From Bacteroidota bacterium (GTDB lineage: Bacteria; Bacteroidota; Bacteroidia; UKL13-3), in NCBI GenBank assembly GCA_947449515.1, contig CANFSD010000002.1, positions 1 through 37,847 on the forward strand: a stretch of DNA of 37,847 nucleotides, written 5' to 3'. The position numbers and the translations under genes were made by a program. Below, piece after piece: positions 1 to 9,200 of this stretch (position 1 is its first letter; each line of letters starts with the position of its first letter). The notes beneath the pieces are model-generated. The model saw nothing but the letters and a program-made list of their open reading frames with translations, was not told where the DNA came from and made no database searches.

Positions 1-323
1 ATGGCATAGGTATCTACATCTGTAACAAAACTATTGGCAATATTGGCTAAAGAATACAATAGGATCGAACCAAAAAGCACATAAACCCTGCCATGGTAAT
101 CTGCAATAATGCCACTTAATACACCGCCCACCATCATGCCCAGCATTTGGATGGCCAAGAGGTTTTCGCCAATATGTGTAAGCTCTGCGCCACTTAAGCC
201 TAAATCTTTTAAGCTTGGAATTCTGTATATGTTGAAAAGAAACAAATCAAAGGCATCTACAAAGAAACCAAGGCCTGCGGCTAAAACAGCAAGGTTAAAC
301 GGACTTTTATAAAGATTTGACAC
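1..323 (-). CDS. MFS-type transporter, N-terminal fragment (gene continues beyond the left edge of the window)
   Basis: The reverse-strand frame is open from base 1 up to a GTG at 321..323, which is preceded by an in-frame TAG. It translates as (M)SNLYKSPFNLAVLAAGLGFFVDAFDLFLFN...LGMMVGGVLSGIIADYHGRVYVLFGSILLYSLANI. That gives a TM1 with a G-x-x-x-D-x-x-D motif and a D-x-x-G-R loop, as in major-facilitator transporters. It is absent from the ORF track only because no stop lies inside the window. Plus-strand ORF 109..312 is its antisense shadow. Confidence 0.6.
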   Translation of the reverse strand, partial: MSNLYKSPFNLAVLAAGLGFFVDAFDLFLFNIYRIPSLKDLGLSGAELTHIGENLLAIQMLGMMVGGVLSGIIADYHGRVYVLFGSILLYSLANIANSFVTDVDTYA

Positions 324-397
324 GGTACTTATTTTTTTTGAATGCTAAAAAACAAATAAAAATAAAAAGCACTGAGTAAGCAACTTATTTAAAACAG

Positions 398-442
398 ATA
401 ACCCGAACAAAAGTAATTTTACAAATACTTTGTTCGGGTTAT
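398..442 (-). terminator. Long hairpin downstream of the sensor kinase gene (probable intrinsic terminator)
   Basis: ataacccgaacaaaagta / tactttgttcgggttat form a stem of about 17 bp with a 1-nt bulge and a 10-nt loop. It sits 35 nt past the minus-strand stop at 477. The U-run on the minus strand is weak (ctgtttta). Confidence 0.45.
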
Positions 443-476
443 AAGGGAGGATTAAAGTTATTTTAAATTTAGGTGC

Positions 477-3131
477 TTAACTTGTTAGTGCTTTTAGGAT
501 CACCCTACTAAGTGTTGTAAATTCAAAGGGTTTCAATACAAAATCTGTCATGCCAGCTTCAAATGCCTCACTTTCAATGGTGCCTTCATTGGCTGCAGAA
601 ATAGCAATAATTGGAATGTTTTTTAATAGGGGGTTTTCTAATTTCCTAATTTCCTTGGTACAGGTAATGCCATCCATTACGGGCATTTGTAAGTCCATTA
701 AGATGAAATCAAAAGGATGTTTTTTAATTAAATCAAGTGCTATTTCGCCATTATGCGCATGCATAAATTCACAGCCTATGCTTTTCAGGTAACGCTTAAT
801 TAACATGGCATTGATTTCCATGTCTTCAACAATAAGTGCTTTTCTACCATTCAATTTATCTACCTCATTTGATTTAGAAACCTTGACATCGCTTGGTGTT
901 TCTCTTTTTAAGATTAGGTCAAAATAAATATCTGTTCCTTGGTCTATTTCAGAATCAATTTTTAGAATGCCACCCAAGCCTTCTACCAATTTATTGCTTA
1001 TGGTTAAACCCAAGCCTATGCCATGTTTTTCGCGGAGGTTCGACATGTCTGCTTGTTCAAAGGCTTGGAAAATTTGTTTCTTGTTTTCAACATTTATACC
1101 TGTTCCGGTATCACTTATTTTAAACCTAAAAGTATCTGCATTTGCACCAACTTCAATTCTTTTAATATGCAAAGTTACTTGTCCTTTATCGGTGAATTTT
1201 ATGGCATTGGAAAGCAAATTTTGAATTACCTGTTTTATTTTAGCTTCATCAGATAGGTAGTTTCCGGTTCGTTCGGGCTCCACATTGGTAATAAATTCAA
1301 TGCCTTTTTGTTTTGCTTCTGCTGCAAAAGCAGCTTCTAATTCTTTAACAATGGCATTGATTTCAAATCTTTCATTTTGATAATGAATTTCGCCTCTTTC
1401 TATTTTATCATAATCCAATACCGAATTAAGTAAATTAATTAAATGTTGAGATTGGGCTTTTAATACCTCTACTTGTTCTTTATGACCTTCGGATAAAAAT
1501 TTATCTGCCAATAGAAGATTACTAACACCATTTATCGCATGCAAAGGGGTTCTAATTTCATGACTGATATTGCGCACAAAATTTGTTTTAGAATGAAGGG
1601 CTAATTTTTGGCGGTTAAGGGCCTCATATTGTAATTTATTTTGTAGCTGTTGTTTTTCAAAAGCGTTGGCCAAGGCATCTTTTTGTACTTGTTCTGTTTT
1701 GAGTGTTAGTTCTACCAAATCCCTGTTTTTCTTTTCCAGTTTGTATTTGTAATAGAAATAAATGGACAATACCCCAACTAGCAATACAAAAGCAATAGAA
1801 AACAATATACTTTTTGTTGCAGCTTGGTCTTTTGAAAGCGCTTCTTGCTCTAATATTTTAATTTCTTTTTCTTGAATTTGACTTTGGTAAATAGCTTGGG
1901 AGTTATTTACAATATCATTCTCGTTTTGGTTTGCAAAGGAGTCTAAAAAATGAAAGGCATAATGAAGTAGTTTATCGGCAGAGTCTTTTTTACCAAGGTT
2001 TAAATAGGCAAATCCAAGTTCTTTGTAATAATTAGATTTATCGTCTAACCTCACCATAGTATCATGCGGTGCCAGCAATTTTTGTAAGGCTAATACTTGA
2101 TGGTAATAGCCATTTTCATTTAAGAAATTGGTATAACATCCTGCTTGGTGAAACAAATTGGGAGAATTGTTTTCAATGCAATACTTTATTATTTCTTTAT
2201 ATAAAATGGAGGCCTTATTTGGTTGCTTAATAACAGTATAGAGTTGTGCCAGGTTTTGTTTGATAATAGCAGCTACCTCATAATCTTGAAAGGCCTTAGC
2301 CCCTTCAAGAGCCTCCAAGAAGTCTTTTTCAGCACTGGCATAAATACCTTGTCTGGCATCACAAATTCCAAGGTTCATGGTGGCCAAATAATAATTGGCC
2401 ATATCTCCTACTTCCTTGAATGTTTTTTGTCCATCAATAAACAGTTTTCTTGCAAAATTAAATTTACCCTTATTTACATAGGTATTACCCAAATTGAGTT
2501 TGGCTACAGCTAATTCAAAATCATTTGGCCTATTAAGAGCCGTTAGGATTTTTATGGCATTAAGCAAATAAAGAACAGATGAGCTTTCGTTGCCTAATTC
2601 ATTAAAGTTTGTTGCCATGTCTGAATATACAGCGGCAATACCTACTTTTATATCATATTTAAGCGCAATTTTTAATGCACCTTCAAGTGTTTTAATGGCT
2701 AAAGGATAATTGGCCTGTTTGCGGTAAATAATAGCAATATTTTTGATGGCAATTACCTTTTTTAATGAATTTGGTAACGCATGCTGTTCACTAAGGATAA
2801 GGTATTTTAAAGAACTGTCATTGTTATTGGTAACCCCATAAAATACTCCAATATTTCTATAGGCAAGGAATAAGGCAGAATCAGGACTATTGCTTGGAAT
2901 TAATTTTAATTTTTCTATTTCATTTTCTATTTCCTGGGGGGCAGTAAATATTTTTTTATAGTTAGAATCTGCCAATTGACCCGTATAAATCATTTGTTGG
3001 CTTTGGGCAAAACTGCTGTTTGATGTAAAGAGAATGAGGCAGAGGTAAATAATTAGGCCTCTGCTTAAATTGAAAACGCGCAGGTTAAAATTACCAAAGA
3101 CGCAATTCAAGATTTGATTATTGAAATTCAT
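477..3131 (-). CDS. Hybrid sensor histidine kinase / response regulator with N-terminal TPR-repeat sensor region
   Basis: 884 aa with an ATG start. Order of elements: N-terminal hydrophobic segment, about 400 aa of TPR-like repeats, coiled coil, TM segment (ILFSIAFVLLVGVLSIYFYY), H-box SHEIRTPLHAI, N-box LLSNAIKFT, G1 DTGTGI, G2 GIGLGL. A C-terminal receiver follows (LIVEDMEINAML...DLQMPVMDG...LKPF). Confidence 0.9.
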   Translation of the reverse strand: MNFNNQILNCVFGNFNLRVFNLSRGLIIYLCLILFTSNSSFAQSQQMIYTGQLADSNYKKIFTAPQEIENEIEKLKLIPSNSPDSALFLAYRNIGVFYGVTNNNDSSLKYLILSEQHALPNSLKKVIAIKNIAIIYRKQANYPLAIKTLEGALKIALKYDIKVGIAAVYSDMATNFNELGNESSSVLYLLNAIKILTALNRPNDFELAVAKLNLGNTYVNKGKFNFARKLFIDGQKTFKEVGDMANYYLATMNLGICDARQGIYASAEKDFLEALEGAKAFQDYEVAAIIKQNLAQLYTVIKQPNKASILYKEIIKYCIENNSPNLFHQAGCYTNFLNENGYYHQVLALQKLLAPHDTMVRLDDKSNYYKELGFAYLNLGKKDSADKLLHYAFHFLDSFANQNENDIVNNSQAIYQSQIQEKEIKILEQEALSKDQAATKSILFSIAFVLLVGVLSIYFYYKYKLEKKNRDLVELTLKTEQVQKDALANAFEKQQLQNKLQYEALNRQKLALHSKTNFVRNISHEIRTPLHAINGVSNLLLADKFLSEGHKEQVEVLKAQSQHLINLLNSVLDYDKIERGEIHYQNERFEINAIVKELEAAFAAEAKQKGIEFITNVEPERTGNYLSDEAKIKQVIQNLLSNAIKFTDKGQVTLHIKRIEVGANADTFRFKISDTGTGINVENKKQIFQAFEQADMSNLREKHGIGLGLTISNKLVEGLGGILKIDSEIDQGTDIYFDLILKRETPSDVKVSKSNEVDKLNGRKALIVEDMEINAMLIKRYLKSIGCEFMHAHNGEIALDLIKKHPFDFILMDLQMPVMDGITCTKEIRKLENPLLKNIPIIAISAANEGTIESEAFEAGMTDFVLKPFEFTTLSRVILKALTS

Positions 3132-3245
3132 TTTTTAGGGCGGTATTTATTATTACAAATAATTATATGCAAATGTATATAAACTGCCCAAATTTGCAGC
3201 TATGTATTTTTAAAACTTCTTAGAACCACGCGCGTTAACCTTGTT

Positions 3246-6200
3246 TTAACGTTTTATCAATTTGAATACATTTTTATATGTGGGCGACTCAATACATATA
3301 AAATATATACCAGGATTAAGGGTTAAAAAAACAGCATTTTGGGCAGCTGTTTTTTGAAGGCTTGGGTTTAGCTGTAGGTCTATAATCCCAAATCTATTGA
3401 GGCCTTCTTCAAGCAGTATATTTTTCTCATAAAGCAATTCACCACTTATAGAAAACAAACTCATTTTACTACTCTGCTTGAAGTTTGACTTAATTTCAAT
3501 ATGAGCGATATCTGTAAATGGGTTCGGATAAATACTGGTTTGTTCTTCATTGTTATTTTCATTTATCAATTGAATCGTTTTGGAATAAACATAGCTGCCA
3601 TCAAAATCTATCATTTTTAAGCGGTAATAAATAGTTGCTATGCCATTTGTAAAAATACCTTTATCTAAATATTGGTAGTGTTTAATTGTTTCACTGTTTC
3701 CTGCGGCTTGAAGAATAGAAATTGTTTCAAATTTCTTTCCATCCAAAGAACGCTCTAATTCAAAATTTGAACAATTAACTTCACTTGAAGTATGCCAATT
3801 AACTTCTGCATTTGCCTCCAATTTGTTGCCTGTAAAATTTAATAAAGTAACAGGTAAACTTCCGCCACTTCCAACCCCAAAAAGCGAGAAATTTGTCAAA
3901 CTACTAACCGTTTTTGTATACGGATTAATTCCAGTTGCCGCGGCAGCTAAGCCTGGAGTCCAAGCGCTTCCGGTATAACGTGCCATATAACAATTGCTCC
4001 TTGTAAAACCACTTAATTCATCTTGTAAATTCCATTGCAAGCTGATACTTGCATTACTGCCACCTGTTACGCCTTCATTAATAGCCCAACTTAAGTTAAC
4101 AACATTGCTATTTAATGCTGTTCCACTTGGAACCAAAAGTGCATTGTATATTAAATTTACGCCACTCATTACCCTTACCTTAAATTCGTCCATGGCGCCT
4201 AAATTGGTTATGCTGGCAGGTGTGTAGGAGTTACTGTTCGAACCTACCGGGAACAATACATTGGAAGACCTTCCACCGGATCCTATATTTTGAATGTTTA
4301 AGGTGCCTAGGCCTGTTGTGGCAATATATTTTGAGGCATTGCTTCCTGTTATGCTCGAACCAGTTCCAAGCAGGGTTAAATCATAGGTACCAATATCTAA
4401 AATTCCATTTAAGAAATTGAGTGTACCCAAAATATTTGTACTTGCGCCAAGTTTTGCACCGTTGCTATTATTAAGGGTTAAATTGTAATAAGTAATGCCT
4501 GGAATAATTTGTTGGCCGCCGCCAGTAAAACTTACCATTCCACTTGTGTTTATCATACTTCCAAGAATTGCTACTTGTCCATAGATACTTAAAGCAGATG
4601 CCACATTATTAAGGGTTAAACTTGCCCCAGTAGCAATGGTTAAATTATTACACAAACGACCACCATCAATAATTATTGGTAAATTTGTTACATTGTTTAT
4701 GAGTACATCTGTAGTTGCCGTTGGAATTACACCACAACTCCAATTCAATGGATTTCCCCAATTAGTATTGTTTACTCCAGTCCATATATTGGTATTAGAA
4801 ACGGATAGCGTAACTACATTGGAAACCACTGCCGGCAAGCATGCGCCAGTAAAAATGCAACGGTATTGGTAATTGTTCATGCTTGCTCCTGCATTGCTAA
4901 TGGTCAATTGGTTCGTCTTAACTCCCGCATAAATGGCATTGTTAACAAGTGCGCTCCATCCGCTCCCTCTGTTTTCTTCCCATTGGTAAATATTTCCATA
5001 GCCACTGGTGCTTATAGTAAACTGCGCAGTTGCGGGTCCGCAACTTATGCTAACCGAGTTTGGTTGACTTACAATGCTTGCGCTACCTGTAGATGTTGTA
5101 AATTCAATTGAACCGATATCTGGGGTCATGCTGCGTGTTGCATTGTTGTAATCGTTGTTTATTGGCGTATACGCACCATTATTTGAAACCCTGCAGGCGT
5201 TTGTACTTAAATCTCCATTGAGGTACAATGGGAAAAAGTTGCTTATATTTAATTGGCTTGAAGTATTGTATAAATTATTGAGTGGATTACCAGCAATTGA
5301 ATTCCAGGAAGCAATTGTTTTAGGTGTACCTAATGGGTATTCAACACATGCACTTGCAAGAGGAGAAACCAATAAATTATAATCGTTGATGATGTTTGAA
5401 TTAAAATTAGCGGTCAAGGCATAGTGCGAGCCGGGCGCATTTCTTTCGTTAAAAAGAATATTATTTTTTAATAAAACAGAGGCAGTTGCAACAGTAGTAT
5501 TTCTATAAAATGCACTGCTATTGTTTGCGTTGCTAGCGGTTCCACCAATGTAAACACTATTATGGTAAAATGTATTTAAGCCTCCTCCTGTATATACCTC
5601 AATGCCTCGTATTCTAGGTTGTGTGCCAATAACAGAGGAGCGAATACTAATTTGGTTATTGGCATAATTTGCATTACCCGCAGCAGAAATATATAATCCT
5701 CTAATGATTGGGCTGCTACCACCAATTGTTGTACCCTCTGCAGATAAATTATAAATACGATTTCTATGAATATTACTGTTACTAAGCGCGCTGGTAATTG
5801 TTATTCCGCTCACACATACACTGGCATTATTACTGAGATTTTTGAGATTATATACGAGGTTATTTTCAATATTATTGCCTGCAGTATTTGCGGCAAACCT
5901 AATGCCATTACAACTGTAATCTGGTGAGGTAATATTGGTCATAAAACTGGTAATATCCCTCACAGTATTGCCCGTAATGTCTGATACACCAGCTTCAATA
6001 CTCATACCAATGCTAAATCCAGACCCATAACTACAGATGTTAGAAACCGTATTGTTATTTAAACTAATATTAGCTGCACTTAAATTTCTAATTCCGTAAA
6101 AGTCGCCATTGCACGAAATGGTATCAAAAGCATCTAAAGTAAATGCAGCACCACCTATGGTGTTTTTATCTAAATTAACATTGCCACTTGCAACATAAAT

Positions 6201-9200
6201 ACCGGTAAAATTAGAGATTGTACTGATGCCAAAATTGCTTATTTGATTGTTTCTAATAATAGAGGTTCCATTGCTACCTCCACCAAAGTAGATACCCCAA
6301 AAAGTTGCAGCATTATTATAAGGCGCTAATGCTCTAACCCTGTTGCAACCACCAATTGAATTGTTTTGAAGGGTTATGTTATTTAAGTTATTGTAAACAT
6401 AAATACCATAAACTGCGCCAGTATGTGATATGCCTGGGCTACTATAAATAGCATTATTAGATAGTATATGTCCACTGCCCGAACCAATCAGAATATTATA
6501 ATGTGCAGCACGTGATGTAGTTTGATAAATACTGTTTCCTTTTGTTGAATCATTTGGATCGCCCAAATAAATATTACTACCTACATTGGCAATGTATATT
6601 CCGTAATTTACAAAATCACTTATTGTATTTGAAACTAAACTGGAATTGGAAATGTTTCCAGCAGCCGAATTAATTAAAATTGCCGTTGACGGTGCATTGG
6701 TATTACTATTGTCTGCTGGTCTAATTACACAATTTGAAATTTGATTTCCGGCGCTGCTACCAGTAATGGTATTGGTGTTTAATACAAGTGTTGCATAAGA
6801 GGTTGAGGCTGCGTTTGATTCAATTATGCAATTGCGTATGGTGTCATTATTGGCGTTTAGTAATTGTAGAGCAGGGGCGGTTGTTGCAGATGGCGTAGTT
6901 CCAATTTTGTTCTTGATAATTAAATTTTTGGAGGCGCCTCCGTCTATGCATAAACCTTTTGCGCCATTAATGGCAATTAATCCTGTTCCACCAGTTACCA
7001 AAGAGCCGCTGAGTGTTCTTTGTGTATTGTCTGGTTTAATCAATAAATTAAAAACCCCCATTCCAGCATTGGTCAATGCAAATGTGCCGGGCTCTGTAAT
7101 ATCAGATACAATGGTTGCAACTGTGTTAGCAGACAGGGTGCTGTTGTTTATGCTAGTAAATAATCCCCCAGCTCCTGTTAAGGTGGTATAGGTTTGACCA
7201 GTGCCAACTAAAATTGTGTTTGGCAATGCGTTTACTATGGCATAAGAAAAGGGCGTATTTGGCGCGCTTACCTGCGCATTTACACTGCTGTGGTTTGCGC
7301 CAGGAAAAGGGTTAAAGGAGATATTGCTTACCGGTGCAGAATCTTGTGCAACAATATAATATTGAAACTGTTGTCCAAGCGCTCCAGGTCCTGTAGTTGT
7401 ATAATCAATCACAAAATTCCAAGTTCCATTTATGGTAGTTCCCGATGTTAAAACACCCGTATTGCTAAACCAAGAAGTGGCAGTTGGAAGAATTCTTCGG
7501 TACCAAATTCTTGGTTGTAAAGAAGCTGAATTTCGAATTCCTGTTCCAATATCAGAAATTCTTACGCTTAATGTTCTATTGCCAGTGGAGGTGGTATTAT
7601 TAAGTGGTGTATAGGTTATAGTTGGAGGAAACAAATCAACAGGCATATAATTTCCAGCACTGGCACCAATGTCAACAGGGGAGTTGTTGGCTCTTATGTT
7701 TCCTTCATAATCTTCGCTAATAGTATTCAATGGAGTACCTGCTGCTTCTGCTGGTGTAGGGCTTTGAACCTTTAAATTAATACTTACTGAACCACTATTT
7801 GGTGAAACAAAATTTGGATTGCCTAATCCTGAATTATAATCATTAAAGGTTGCAGTTCTCCAATTGTTCATGATTAAATAATCAGTACTTCCATACCTTC
7901 CTATTACACCTCCAACACCTGGTGCATAGTAGATATTGTAATTCATATTTAAACCCGTAATTGTTCCAGTACTTAAAAATATTGCATAGTTTTTTCCTGA
8001 ACCAAGTGTATTACTTCTAATATTGGAAAAAATATTGTTTGCAATGGTTCTGGTGCCAGTGCTACCAACAGAATTATAAAATGCATAGCTGTTGTTAAAG
8101 CCAGCGCTTATTACAGTTCCACCTATATGCACTGTATTATGTAAATAGGCATTTGCATTTCCAGCATCGTTAATACCAATAAAATTATGGTTGGCATCAA
8201 TGCTAGCGCCAATGGTATCAATGCCTAAGCGCACCCTGTTATTATAAACAGCAACGCCACTACTTCCATTATAAATTCCGTTGATAATAGCTGGACCAGT
8301 ACTATTTGAAGAAATGCCATGAACAAAATTATTGGCCAATACATTGGTACCGGCACTTGTTCCAGCATAATAAATTCCTGTTGCAGCGCTTGCTAAAATT
8401 GTATTGGTAGCAAATAATCCAAAAACTGTATTGTTAGCGCATGTTTGGTTCAAACCACTCGCATTGTGCAAAATACCTATGATTGGAGCGTTAATTCCTG
8501 TTGTTACAGATGAGCCTGCGTAACTCAAATTAAAAATGTTATTACTACTTAAAGTAACAGTTCCAGTGGCATTTAAATATATGCCATTTATTCGACTGGT
8601 ACTAGAGGTGCTTGGTGAAGAAAGATTTGCAATATTATTTCCTGTAATGGTATTGGTTGGAGAACCTGGCGAAACATTAATTCCAATGATACTTTGTGCA
8701 CTTGAATCACAAATGCTATTAGGAGTAATTAAGCTTCCAATTAAATTGTCGCTTATTATTAATTCTGGTAAAGTAGCGGCAATGTTAATACCTTTAAATT
8801 GTGTTATACCTGTTCCTTCTATAGATATTGCACCAATGGTATTTGCAGTAATTTCAACAGTACCATAAGCAGTTCCACCACTTAAATAAATGGGCGAAAA
8901 TAGGCCATTGGCAGCATTGCTTTTGTAAATAATACTATTGGTTCCAGTGGTATTTCCAATTGTATTTCCGCTTATACTAAATTCGCCATTTGCTAAATAA
9001 AGGATTGAATTGGTAGATGAATTTAAATCTAAATTTATGTTTTGAAATACATTGGCTTGTACCAGGCATGTTGCTGTATTTGCTAAGTTCAAATTTAGAA
9101 ACGAAACAGTTCCAGATCCATTGTATGCGGTAGCATTTCCGCCACACATTGCTTGGGATCCACCTATATAATTTCCGTACAAAGTATAATTGGAGCCACT

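Noticed and set aside
109-312. 67-aa plus-strand ORF at the left edge
   Set aside because: It is antisense to a much more convincing MFS-transporter N-terminus on the minus strand, which has TM helices and the GxxxDxxD and DxxGR motifs.
3228-3235. ACGCGCGT palindrome in the AT-rich spacer between the giant gene and the sensor kinase
   Set aside because: It is only 8 bp, occurs once and has no flanking symmetry or U-run. That is too little evidence for an operator or terminator call.
3994-8868. Multiple 60-121-aa plus-strand ORFs inside the giant gene, and similar ones inside 477..3131, 11145..17942, 18225..24346 and 33174..35993
   Set aside because: All are antisense or out-of-frame shadows within long, motif-supported genes. 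They are short, have odd composition and carry no recognisable motifs.
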